DNA of 64,000 nucleotides from an uncultured Thiomicrospira sp. (GTDB lineage Bacteria > Pseudomonadota > Gammaproteobacteria > CAKMZV01). Below are positions 1-9,764 of the stretch, piece by piece (within the stretch, counting starts at the first letter, position 1; each line of letters begins with the position of its first letter). Where the stretch lies: positions 1,312,001 to 1,376,000 of the forward strand of contig OZ239628.1 in assembly GCA_965195345.1 (NCBI GenBank). Reading direction: 5' to 3'. Position numbers and translations under genes: made by a program. The notes under the pieces are model-generated. The model was not told the origin of the DNA. It saw only the letters and a list, made by a program, of their open reading frames with translations, and ran no database searches.

Positions 1-2
1 AT

Positions 3-764
3 AAAGATGATGCAAGGAGCATGTTCCTTGGCTTGAGCAAACATATTTCGAACTCTTGAGGCTCCGACACCGACAAACATCTCAACGAAATCAGAGCCAG
101 AAATAGTAAAGAATGGCACAGAGGCTTCACCAGCAATTGATTTTGCAAGCAAAGTTTTACCTGTTCCAGGCTGTCCAACCATCAAAACTCCACGAGGAAT
201 TTTTCCTCCAAGTTTGCGGTATTTCTCAGGTGATCTAAGGAAATCAACCAATTCGGAGACTTCTTCTTTTGCTTCATCAACACCAGCAACATCACGAAAC
301 GTGACTTTGACTTCATCAGCCTCCAGCATACGTGCCTTAGACTTGCCAAACGAGAGTGGATTGCCCCGTCCACCTCCCATTCCGCCACCGCCCATCATTG
401 AACGCATAAAAAACAACCATAGGAAAACCAATAGTAAGATGGGGAACCAAGAAATTAACATTTGCAACCAAAAACTTTCTTCTTTAGGTGGAATTGAACG
501 TATGCGTACGTTGTAATTGAGCAAGTCACCTATCAACCCACTGTCACCGGGATTGAACGTAATAAAATCCTGTCCTGTTGCTGATTCACCATAGATAGAT
601 GGTCCATCAATCTCCACGGCACTAATTTGTCCTCCTTTCACTTGTTCAATGAAAGTGGAATATTCAATTGTTTGACGTTTCGAGTTGTTGTCACCTCCAA
701 ACTGACTAAATAAACTAATCAGTACGAATCCTACAATTACCCAAGTCACTAAATTACGCCACAT
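3..764 (-). CDS. ftsH: ATP-dependent zinc metalloprotease FtsH, N-terminal part (runs off the window start)
   Basis: Not in the ORF track; translated by hand: [19 protein letters not shown]...[10 protein letters not shown]...[16 protein letters not shown]...[52 protein letters not shown]. Two TM segments, Walker A, GGAG RBS at 771-774. Confidence 0.97.
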   Translation of the reverse strand, partial: MWRNLVTWVIVGFVLISLFSQFGGDNNSKRQTIEYSTFIEQVKGGQISAVEIDGPSIYGESATGQDFITFNPGDSGLIGDLLNYNVRIRSIPPKEESFWLQMLISWFPILLLVFLWLFFMRSMMGGGGMGGGRGNPLSFGKSKARMLEADEVKVTFRDVAGVDEAKEEVSELVDFLRSPEKYRKLGGKIPRGVLMVGQPGTGKTLLAKSIAGEASVPFFTISGSDFVEMFVGVGASRVRNMFAQAKEHAPCIIF

Positions 765-1039
765 GTTTATCTCCGTTTTTTTGTTTACGCACTTAGTTCA
801 ATGCGTAGTGAAATAAAAAATCATTCCACAAAACTATTTTTTTCAATTATCCCCTATACATTCCGCCATCAAATATGGAACAAAGCACGTTGATGATTCA
901 ACATAATTAATTTGATCATGCTGTATTATATCTGCTGAACTCTTATGATTTTCCACAATACAAAACAATCTATATGGTCGATTAAAAAGTTTACAATAGT
1001 AATACGACATAAAAACTCTAATCACAAGTCCGCAATAAA

Positions 1040-3006
1040 TTGATTTCCATAAAAGCATCAGCAACTTTAGCATTATTATTTGTACTTCAAGCGTGCAATC
1101 CTTTAAATACTCCATACCCTGATGATTCTGAAACGAGCAACACGCTTTACTCTTCGTTTCAAATACGCCCAAAACACCTTGACCCAGCACGTTCCTACAG
1201 TAGTGATGAATACGTTTTCATAGGGCAGATATACGAGCCTCCCCTGCAATATGACTATCTGAAAAGACCTTATCAGCTTATTCCTCTAACTGCTGAACGT
1301 GTCCCCGTATCCTATTTGCAGGACATTGATGGCAAAATGCGATCAGTATACGATATCGAAATTCAACCGGGCATTTACTATGCACCGCACCCTGCATTTG
1401 AAGGGAAAAGAGAATTAACAGCTTCTGATTATATTTACCAAATAAAACGTATTGCTGACCCCAAGAATCAATCACCTATTCGATCACTTATGGCTGCACA
1501 TATCTATGGTTTTCAAGATTTTTCAAAACAAGCGAAAGATGCAAACGATCTCTTAAGCATCGAAATGAAAGGCATTCAAATGCTTTCACGCTATAAATAT
1601 CGAATTATTCTTAATGCGCCATATCCCCAATTTATTTATTGGCTCGCATTGCCTTTCTTCTCACCGATGCCTCCTGAAATAATCGCCTGGCATGCTTCTC
1701 CTGAAAGAGGCACGAATCATCATGCATCGATTGGTACCCCATTGGAACTGGAGCTTACCAATTAACAACCAATAATCCGAATAGAGAAATGGTTCTTGAG
1801 CGTAACCCCAACTATCGCAAAGTGTATTACCCAAATACGAAAGAGCAAATGCCATTTATTGACCGTGTTGTTTTTAAATTAGAGAAAGAAAGCATTCCCT
1901 ATTGGCAAAAGTTTTTACAAGGCTATTATGATGCTTCAGGCGTTGGTTCTGACCAGTTTGATCAAGCTTTACGAATTACAAGCGATGGCGATTTTGAACT
2001 AAGCGAGAAATTTAACAAATTAGGCATCAGTTTGAACAAAAACATTGAACCAAGTATATTTTATTTTGGTTTCAATATGCTTGATGAGACAATAGGAGGA
2101 TACACTCCTGCTAAAAAAGCATTGCGACAAGCCATTGCTATCGCAGTCGATTATGAAGAAATGATTAGTATTTTTGCTAATGGTCGAGGAAAAATAGCGC
2201 ACGCCCCCCTCCCCCCCGGTATTTTTGGACAACGCGAAGGAGAAAGTGGGATTAATCCAATAACCCATCAATGGAAAGACGATAAAGCACAGCGTCATAA
2301 TATTGAGAAAGCTAAAAAACTACTTGTAGAAGCAGGGTACCCCAATGGCATAGATCCTAAAACAGGTAAACAATTAATTTTGCATTTGGATGTATCGGCA
2401 TCTGGCCCAGACAGTCGCCCTCGCCTTAATTGGATGCACAAACAATTCGCCAAGTTAAACATCGAAATGGTAGTACGGTCTACCGATTACAATCGGTTCC
2501 GCGAAAAAATCACTAAAGGAAATGCTCAAATGTTTGAATGGGGTTGGAATGCAGATTATCCTGATCCTGAGAATTTTTTATTCCTGTTATTTGGACCTAA
2601 TAGCAAAGTTTCTTTTGAAGGTGAAAACGCCACTAATTATAATAATGAACAGTTTAATCGTTTATTCAAAAGAATGACCAATCTTCCCAACAATGCTGAA
2701 CGGCAAGAAGTGATTGACCGCATGGTTAATATTTTAAGAGAAGATTCACCATGGCTATGGGGTTGGCATCCTCTTCGAGTTAGCATCTATCATCAGTGGC
2801 TCAGTAACATGCAACCCAATCCTATGGTACACAATAACTTGCAATACCGAAAATTAGACCCTTATTTACGTGTGGAAAAAAGAAACGAATGGAATAATCC
2901 TCGATGGTTTCCGTTATGGTTCTTGCTGCTCGGTTTAACAGGCTCAATATACTATGCATATTTGCGGTATAAAAAACGTCAATTAAGAAAAATTAACGTA
3001 CAGTAA
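1040..3006 (+). pseudogene. Peptide ABC transporter substrate-binding lipoprotein (family 5), split by a -1 frameshift near 1705-1728 (pseudogene or sequence error)
   Basis: ORF 1040-1765 has lipobox LQAC and HLDPARSYS. The frame of ORF 1789-3006 is open from 1705 and reads IDWYPIGTGAYQLTTNNPNREMVLERNPNY (the PxGTGPY motif), later GWNADYPDPENFL and a C-terminal TM helix. Confidence 0.85.
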
Positions 3007-3060
3007 TAATTACACACATAAATATTAAATTTTTAGAATCCTTAACTATTGGAGAATAAT

Positions 3061-3891
3061 ATGAAATCGTATAACACTACAAAATCACACGCAGGCTTTT
3101 CCCATTACTGGAAATCCATTTTTGCGTTTTTACTGCTATTTGCGTCCACTTCACTCTTTGCACAATTGCAAAGCGAGGAGGTAAGCTATACAGACGGCGA
3201 AACAGAAATGATTGGCTATCTTGTTTGGGACGACAAATTCAAAGGGAAACGCCCAGGAATAATTGTCGTACATGAATGGTGGGGACTAAATAGTTATCCG
3301 CGTGAACGTGCTGAGCAGTTGGCAAAGTTGGGATATACGGCCTTAGCAATGGATATTTATGGAGAAGGAAAAGTAGCGGACCACCCCAAAGAAGCGAAAA
3401 AATTTGCGACGATGGTGGCTAAAAACTTGCCTAATGCCAAAGCACGTTTCGAAGCGGCAATGAAAGTACTGTCTGAACACCCTACTGTCGGCAACGATAA
3501 ACTTTCGGCAATAGGATATTGTTTTGGAGGCGGCATTGTATTGAATATGGCACGCATGGGATTGCCACTCAAAGGCGTAGCAAGTTTTCATGGTTCTCTA
3601 GCTGCAGCTACCAAGATTAAAGGCAAGGTTGACACTAAAATAGCCGTTTTTAATGGAAAAGATGATCCCTATATATCGGGTCAACAAGTTGAAAGGTTTC
3701 GCGATGAAATGAATTCAAATGATGTTGATTTTGAACTACATAATTACAAAAGAACCGTTCATTCTTTTACTAATCCTGCTGCAGATCAGGTGGCAGAGAA
3801 GTTTAATTTGACTGGCATTGGCTACAATGAAAAATCGGATAAAGACTCTTGGAAAAGAATGCAATTTTTTCTCAAAGAACTTTATAAATAA
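3061..3891 (+). CDS. Dienelactone hydrolase family protein, probably exported
   Basis: VHEWWGLN, GYCFGG nucleophile motif, SFHG, catalytic HSFTNP; hydrophobic N-terminal signal-like segment; GGAG RBS upstream of ATG 3061. Confidence 0.9.
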   Translation: MKSYNTTKSHAGFSHYWKSIFAFLLLFASTSLFAQLQSEEVSYTDGETEMIGYLVWDDKFKGKRPGIIVVHEWWGLNSYPRERAEQLAKLGYTALAMDIYGEGKVADHPKEAKKFATMVAKNLPNAKARFEAAMKVLSEHPTVGNDKLSAIGYCFGGGIVLNMARMGLPLKGVASFHGSLAAATKIKGKVDTKIAVFNGKDDPYISGQQVERFRDEMNSNDVDFELHNYKRTVHSFTNPAADQVAEKFNLTGIGYNEKSDKDSWKRMQFFLKELYK

Positions 3892-3914
3892 TTTTTCTTA
3901 ACGTTCGTTAGCAA

Positions 3915-4892
3915 ATGTTAAGTTATTTGGTCCGTAGATTGTTGTATGCTATACCCATACTGATTGGAATCAATATACTTACTTTTTTGCTGTTTTTTGT
4001 CGTCAATTCACCTGATGATATGGCGCGTCTGCATTTAGGTGATCGTCATCTAAACACTGAAAGCATCAGCGAATGGAAACAAGCAAATGGATATGACAAA
4101 CCACTCTTTATCAATGATCAGAAAGATGGATTGGAACAATTAACCGATACCATTTTTTTTGACAAAAGCATTAAACTTTTTGTTTTTGAGTTTGGAAAAT
4201 CGGATGGAGGGCGTTCCATATCAGCGGATATAAAAGAGCGCATGTTCCCCTCATTAGCACTTGCTTTGCCAACTTTTGTCATTGGTCTGCTAACGAACAT
4301 ATCACTTGCGTTATTGGTGCTTTTATTTCGGTTTAGTACGCTTGAAACAATTGTATTGTCAAGTGCCGTTGTCATGATGTCTATTTCTGGGCTTTTCTAC
4401 ATCATAGGCGGACAATATCTGATCAGCGAGTTGTGGCATTGGTTACCTGTTTCAGGCTACGTTTCAGGCGAATATTTATGGCGTTTTGTACTGTTGCCAG
4501 TATTTATAGGTGTGGTTGCTGGTATAGGTATTGGCATCCGTTGGTATCGTATACTTTTTCTTGAAGAAATTGGCAAAGACTATGCACGAACTGCACGGGC
4601 GCTTGGCCTATCCGAAATTCAAATGCTTTTCAAACATATTTTACCAAATGCCATGATCCCAATTCTTACAGGCGTTGTTACAGTAATACCGACCCTATTC
4701 ATGGGCAGCTTGATTATGGAAGCATTTTTTGCCATACCTGGATTGGGGAGCTATACTGTTGATGCCATAGCTTCACAAGATTTTGCTATAGTCCGCAGTA
4801 TGGTATACCTCGGAGCTGTGCTGTACATAGTAGGACTAATCTTGACTGATTTGGCCTATGCATGGGTTGATCCGCGCATACGGTTAAATTAA
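3915..4892 (+). CDS. Peptide ABC transporter permease (OppB/DppB-like)
   Basis: YLVRRLLYAIP N-terminus, EAA-type motif DYARTARALGL, FAIPGLG, C-terminal DPRIR. Confidence 0.93.
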   Translation: MLSYLVRRLLYAIPILIGINILTFLLFFVVNSPDDMARLHLGDRHLNTESISEWKQANGYDKPLFINDQKDGLEQLTDTIFFDKSIKLFVFEFGKSDGGRSISADIKERMFPSLALALPTFVIGLLTNISLALLVLLFRFSTLETIVLSSAVVMMSISGLFYIIGGQYLISELWHWLPVSGYVSGEYLWRFVLLPVFIGVVAGIGIGIRWYRILFLEEIGKDYARTARALGLSEIQMLFKHILPNAMIPILTGVVTVIPTLFMGSLIMEAFFAIPGLGSYTVDAIASQDFAIVRSMVYLGAVLYIVGLILTDLAYAWVDPRIRLN

Positions 4893-4894
4893 TA

Positions 4895-6193
4895 ATGCCC
4901 AGTCTTCTTTTATCTGACGTACTCTGGTTTTTGCTGATTGCATTATTAGCTTGGAGTATTCGACGCATTTATAAAGATAAATGGTTGCGTAGTAATTGGA
5001 TAAATATCATCGACCATCCTGTTGGTATCATTTGCGCAATAACGATCATATTTTTCACGGCGATAACAACATTGGATTCAATGCGTTTTTCAACAGAAAA
5101 AGAATCTCATATTACTGTATTAGATACCATTCTGAGCGTCTCCAGAAAACAGGTTGAACGGACTTACTCAAAACCTTTTTCCAGCCATTCAATATATAAA
5201 GAAAGTCGACAAATTGGTGATAAAACAGTGCGCGTCTACAAACCACTTAAGTACGTGGAGCAATTAGACAACCACTTTCAAAACATTGCCAAACTGAGTC
5301 TTTATGCCTTTGTTCTGGGTGTTTCAATTAGTGCTTTGCTGTTGCTTCTTTTGACACGAATATCTGCAATCAAAAAACTGCGGTTTAAAAAGACTTTATA
5401 CCTTTCAATTACCAGTGCCATTTTCATAGTAACTTGGGCATTGATATTGTCGAAACATTACCATCTGCTTGGAACGGATAAAGTGGGTCAGGATGTTTTT
5501 TTTGAAGTGGTTAAAGGTACACGAACCGCTGTACTTATAGGCACGCTTACAACGCTCATCATGCTGCCTTTTGCCATTACGCTCGGCATAATGGCGGGTT
5601 ATTTCCGAGGGATAGTAGACGACATTATTCAATATTTATACACCACGTTGAACTCAATCCCTGGCATACTCTTAATTGCTTCCATGATTCTATTGGCACA
5701 AGCGTTTATTCAAAATAATGCCGATTTGTTTGATAGCGAAATTGCACGCGTAGATTTTCGTTTTATGATGCTTTGTGCAATACTCGGACTTACTTCTTGG
5801 ACGGGTATGTGTCGACTTTTACGTGCAGAAACTCTGAAAATACGAACCTTAGACTATATTAATGCTGCTCGTTCGTTCGGTGTACCTTCAGGCAGCATTC
5901 TTAGACAGCATATACTACCTAACGTTGGACATATAATCCTTATCACCATCGTCCTTGATTTTAGTGGGCTTGTATTGGCAGAAGCTGTGCTCTCCTATAT
6001 AGGTATCGGTGTTGAACCAAGTATGCCAAGCTGGGGGAATATGATAAATCACTCTCGCTTTGAGTTATCACGGATACCCGTTGTATGGTGGCCCTTGGCT
6101 TCCGTATTTTTCTTTATGCTGGTATTAGTTTTGGCAGTAAATTTACTTGCCGATAGAATTAGAGATGCCTTTGACCCAAGAAAAACTTTATGA
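4895..6193 (+). CDS. Peptide ABC transporter permease (OppC/DppC-like)
   Basis: HLLGTDKVGQD, DYINAARSFG, HILPN, EAVLSYIGIG, PSWGNMI, RDAFDPR. Confidence 0.93.
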   Translation: MPSLLLSDVLWFLLIALLAWSIRRIYKDKWLRSNWINIIDHPVGIICAITIIFFTAITTLDSMRFSTEKESHITVLDTILSVSRKQVERTYSKPFSSHSIYKESRQIGDKTVRVYKPLKYVEQLDNHFQNIAKLSLYAFVLGVSISALLLLLLTRISAIKKLRFKKTLYLSITSAIFIVTWALILSKHYHLLGTDKVGQDVFFEVVKGTRTAVLIGTLTTLIMLPFAITLGIMAGYFRGIVDDIIQYLYTTLNSIPGILLIASMILLAQAFIQNNADLFDSEIARVDFRFMMLCAILGLTSWTGMCRLLRAETLKIRTLDYINAARSFGVPSGSILRQHILPNVGHIILITIVLDFSGLVLAEAVLSYIGIGVEPSMPSWGNMINHSRFELSRIPVVWWPLASVFFFMLVLVLAVNLLADRIRDAFDPRKTL

Positions 6194-7785
6194 ATGATAT
6201 ACCTATTTTAAATATCTCTAATTTGCAGTTGCATTTCAACGCTAATCAACCAATTATTAAAGGGATTAACCTAACCATAAAGAAAGGCGAAGTTTATGCT
6301 CTAGTGGGTGAATCTGGTAGTGGCAAATCACTAACAGCCCTTTCAGTCATGCGGTTACTACCCGACAATGCTAACTTAACAGGTGAAATACGCTTTGCCG
6401 AATCAGATTTATTTACGCTGACCGAAAAACAAATGCAATCGATTCGGGGGGCTCGCATAGGAATGATTTTTCAAGAGCCTCAATCTGCCCTTAACCCAGT
6501 GCGTACAATAGGCGAGCATATTATTGAAGTATTGCAGCTCCATCTTAACCTTTCAGGAAAAAAGGCACGCATACGTGCGATTGAACTATTAGCTGAAGTG
6601 ACGTTACCAGATCCTGAATTGCGTATAGATTGGTATCCTCATCAATTATCCGGTGGACAGAAACAACGCGCAATGATTGCTTGTGCACTGGCTGCCAAAC
6701 CTGATTTATTGATAGCTGACGAACCAACCACTGCGCTTGATGTAACCATACAAGCACAAATTCTTGAGTTGCTTTTGCAACTGAAAAAAACTCGACAGCT
6801 GAGTATTTTACTGATTACACACGATATGGGTGTAGTAGCAAAAATAGCAGATCGTGTGGGTGTAATGCGCCATGGAGAACTGCTTGAAGAGGGAGAGACT
6901 CAAGCGTTTTTTAAAAACCCTCAAACTCAATACAGTAAGCACCTTATTCATTTACTTCCCTCTGCCAAAGAATTTCGCGAACAAGTTCAACCGAAGGTGC
7001 TGCTTGACGTTCAACAGTTAAATGTCTATTTCCCAATTCAGAAAGGGCTTTTAAAAAGAACTGTTGGTCATATTAAAGCCGTTGACGGTGTTGACTTCCA
7101 AATATACCACGGAGAAACTTTAGCGGTTGTAGGGGAGTCAGGCAGTGGCAAAAGCACTCTTGGACGCGCCATTATTAATCTACAGCCCATCACGAATGGT
7201 AATATTTTTTTTGAAGGTGCTGACATACATCGAACAGATAAAAAAGCCTTACATCTACTGCGCAAAAAGATACAAATCATTTTCCAAGATCCTTTTTCTT
7301 CAATGAACCCACGTATGCGTATAGGGGAAATAATCAGTGAAGGCATACGCGCGCTTGGATTGGTGGATAAAAAAGAAGAAGCATTAGAAATTTCAAAATC
7401 TATGCTTATAAAAATCGGACTTGAAGCCGAGCATTTAGACCGCTTCCCTCACGAATTCTCTGGAGGGCAACGACAGCGTATTGCCATTGCACGTGCGCTT
7501 GCCGTAGAACCTGAGTTGATTATTTGTGATGAACCAACTAGTGCCCTTGACGTTTCAGTTCGTTCGCAAATTTTAACCTTGCTCGATGAATTACAACGTG
7601 AGAAACAACTCACCTACTTATTCATAACCCACGATCTATCCTTGATTGCACGCATTGCTCACCGAGTTGCCGTTATGAAAGATGGTAAGATAATCGAATC
7701 TGGGGTTACTAAAAAAATATTTGAATCACCTGAGAATGAATACACGAGAGCATTAATTGCAGCAACACCAATAATCCCAAAATGA
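6190..7785 (+). CDS. Peptide ABC transporter ATP-binding protein with two fused ABC domains (YejF/GsiA-like)
   Basis: Two Walker A motifs (GESGSGKS x2), signatures LSGGQKQR and FSGGQRQR, DEPTTALD and DEPTSALD. Confidence 0.95.
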   Translation: MNDIPILNISNLQLHFNANQPIIKGINLTIKKGEVYALVGESGSGKSLTALSVMRLLPDNANLTGEIRFAESDLFTLTEKQMQSIRGARIGMIFQEPQSALNPVRTIGEHIIEVLQLHLNLSGKKARIRAIELLAEVTLPDPELRIDWYPHQLSGGQKQRAMIACALAAKPDLLIADEPTTALDVTIQAQILELLLQLKKTRQLSILLITHDMGVVAKIADRVGVMRHGELLEEGETQAFFKNPQTQYSKHLIHLLPSAKEFREQVQPKVLLDVQQLNVYFPIQKGLLKRTVGHIKAVDGVDFQIYHGETLAVVGESGSGKSTLGRAIINLQPITNGNIFFEGADIHRTDKKALHLLRKKIQIIFQDPFSSMNPRMRIGEIISEGIRALGLVDKKEEALEISKSMLIKIGLEAEHLDRFPHEFSGGQRQRIAIARALAVEPELIICDEPTSALDVSVRSQILTLLDELQREKQLTYLFITHDLSLIARIAHRVAVMKDGKIIESGVTKKIFESPENEYTRALIAATPIIPK

Positions 7786-7801
7786 TAACAAGAATATAAC
7801 T

Positions 7802-7867
7802 TATAATTTGCGCCTTATTTTACGGCTCAAGATAATTCTATTACGAATTTCTATTATAATGAGGCGC
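7802..7867 (+). promoter_or_regulatory. Two tandem candidate sigma70 -10 boxes with GC-rich discriminators upstream of the FKBP gene
   Basis: TATAAT at 7802-7807 followed by TTGCGCC, and TATAAT at 7855-7860 followed by GAGGCGC; no clear -35. Confidence 0.4.
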
Positions 7868-7896
7868 TCAATTCTCAAAATATACTACTAAAAAAA

Positions 7897-8610
7897 ATGA
7901 ACATGAATAGAACAACTTATAAATTACTTACTGGCGTTGGAGCATTTGCTCTTTTATTTTCTCAAACTGTCTTCGCTGATGAAACAAAATTAGAATCAAG
8001 CTTAGATCGTCAGTCTTATGCTATAGGAATAAATATTGGGTTTTCAATTAAAGCCCAGGATCTTGTAATTGACTTAGATAAGTTCATTGCAGGAGTGAAG
8101 GCTGGATTGAGTGAAAATGAAAATTTGCTAACTCCTGAAGAAATGCAAACTATTTTCGAAGAAATTGAACAAAAAATTCAAAGCAAGAATCTTGAAAAGC
8201 AAGCTGCATCTGCCACGGAGAATCTCAAAAAAGGCATTCAATATTTGGCAGATAATAAGAAAAAAGAAGGCGTAAAAGTAACCAAGTCAGGACTTCAATA
8301 CAAAGTTATTAAGGAAGGAACTGGTGTGAAACCGAAGGCAACGGACACAGTCACTGTCCACTATGCTGGACGTTTTATTAACGGTGAAGAATTTGATTCA
8401 TCTTACGCACGACAGCAAGCAGCAACTTTTACCCTTAATCAAGTAATTAAAGGCTGGTCTGAAGCACTTCAGTTAATGACTCCTGGTTCAAAATATTTGG
8501 TAACTATTCCAGCTGAAATCGCTTATGGAGAAAATGCGCCTCCTGCTATAGGTCCAAACCAAGTATTAGTTTTTGATATTGAGCTTATTGAAGTCAAAAA
8601 AACTCAATAA
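7897..8610 (+). CDS. FKBP-type peptidyl-prolyl cis-trans isomerase (FkpA/Mip/FklB family), exported
   Basis: Signal peptide (VFA-DE), SYAIG dimerisation region, TKSGLQYKV, VTVHYAG, FDSSY, VIKGWSEAL, IPAEIAYG. Confidence 0.95.
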   Translation: MNMNRTTYKLLTGVGAFALLFSQTVFADETKLESSLDRQSYAIGINIGFSIKAQDLVIDLDKFIAGVKAGLSENENLLTPEEMQTIFEEIEQKIQSKNLEKQAASATENLKKGIQYLADNKKKEGVKVTKSGLQYKVIKEGTGVKPKATDTVTVHYAGRFINGEEFDSSYARQQAATFTLNQVIKGWSEALQLMTPGSKYLVTIPAEIAYGENAPPAIGPNQVLVFDIELIEVKKTQ

Positions 8611-8619
8611 ATATTTTTT

Positions 8620-9444
8620 TCAATCGCGCTCAATATTCATAGAATCAATAATTCCCACTCCTAAATCGGTTGTCGCGAAAGGGCCACCGTGGCATGTTGC
8701 AGCAAGATCGGTTAGATCGCCATAGTCTTCTTTTGCCAGCATTTCATCGGCGTATATTTCTGCGTTATCATTAGGACGATACCCCAGAAAGGAAGCATCT
8801 GAGTTATCAACATTGACGCGATCGTTATTCGACACCCCATAAACAATACTAAACCCTGTGACCTGCGCCTGTACTGCGCGGGTTACCAACTGTATTAAGT
8901 CGTCATACGAGAGCCACGTACTCAATGAGCGTACATTGTTCACTTTTGCACAAGAGTAAATTCGCAAGTGCACCGATTCTAAATTATTTTTATCGAAATA
9001 CATACGCCCCAAATCTTCGCTAAAACACTTAGCCAAGCCATAAAAAGTATCAGGACGGTGTGCCATAGTGGCGTTAAGCAGTTGCGTTCTTGGATACATT
9101 CCTACAGCATGAATAGAGCTGGCATATATCACACGGCGTGCTCCAGTACGATAGGCTGCTTCCCATACATTATAAGAACCTATGAAATTTGGACCAAGCA
9201 ACTTATCAAACGATCCTTCGTCAACAATAGCACCAAAATGAACAACCATATCCGCCCCTTCGATAACGTCCATCATTTGATCAAAGTTTGCTAAATCAGC
9301 ACGTTTGTAGATTTCACCGTCTAATAAGTCCCCTATGTCTTCAACAATATCCGTGGATACCAAACAATCAGCCATTTTGGATAAAGGTTTACGCAAATAA
9401 GTAGCCAAACGACCATTTGCTCCCGTCAGTACAATTTTATTCAT
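8620..9444 (-). CDS. NAD-dependent epimerase/dehydratase, uronate dehydrogenase (Udh)-like
   Basis: TGANGRLA Rossmann motif, YASSIHAVG, RPDTFYGLAK (YxxxK), TWLSYDD and YGVSNN as in Udh-like extended SDRs. Confidence 0.8.
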   Translation of the reverse strand: MNKIVLTGANGRLATYLRKPLSKMADCLVSTDIVEDIGDLLDGEIYKRADLANFDQMMDVIEGADMVVHFGAIVDEGSFDKLLGPNFIGSYNVWEAAYRTGARRVIYASSIHAVGMYPRTQLLNATMAHRPDTFYGLAKCFSEDLGRMYFDKNNLESVHLRIYSCAKVNNVRSLSTWLSYDDLIQLVTRAVQAQVTGFSIVYGVSNNDRVNVDNSDASFLGYRPNDNAEIYADEMLAKEDYGDLTDLAATCHGGPFATTDLGVGIIDSMNIERD

Positions 9445-9764
9445 AATTTTAATTTACCCCGATTTTTTACAATTAACGATCAGTTTATTGAAACGATCCA
9501 TCCATTCTTTGCTCTTATATTTTAAAGTAGCCTAAGTACCACTCAACTCACTTTCACATTTTAAAGGATTCAATGCGTGGTGAACACAAGAATGTACTAA
9601 AGTGCACGCTACTATAAACGAGTAAGTTCAAATCAAGCAAAGCAGCATGTGTATCCTTAGTGATTTTCTTTCTTAGTGCATTGAAAAGTGCTAAACTATA
9701 CTTTTAAAATTCGCTACCAATACAATTTCGCTACTTTGTAACTTTGAATTGTCGATCCATTATT

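Noticed and set aside
182-1190. ORFs 182-388, 214-516 and 843-1190
   Set aside because: They overlap ftsH or the binding-protein gene in other frames or strands and show no motifs. The real gene, ftsH, was missed by the track because it leaves the window.
2204-2217. C6-T-C7 tract as a phase-variation switch
   Set aside because: It encodes the ordinary APLPPG motif, is in frame, and lies ~480 bp from the actual frameshift.
9585-9595. CACAAGAATGT, which matches a stretch I recall from E. coli 6S RNA
   Set aside because: Only 11 nt; the flanking conserved 6S blocks and the usual zapA/ygfA context are missing, so 6S RNA is not called.
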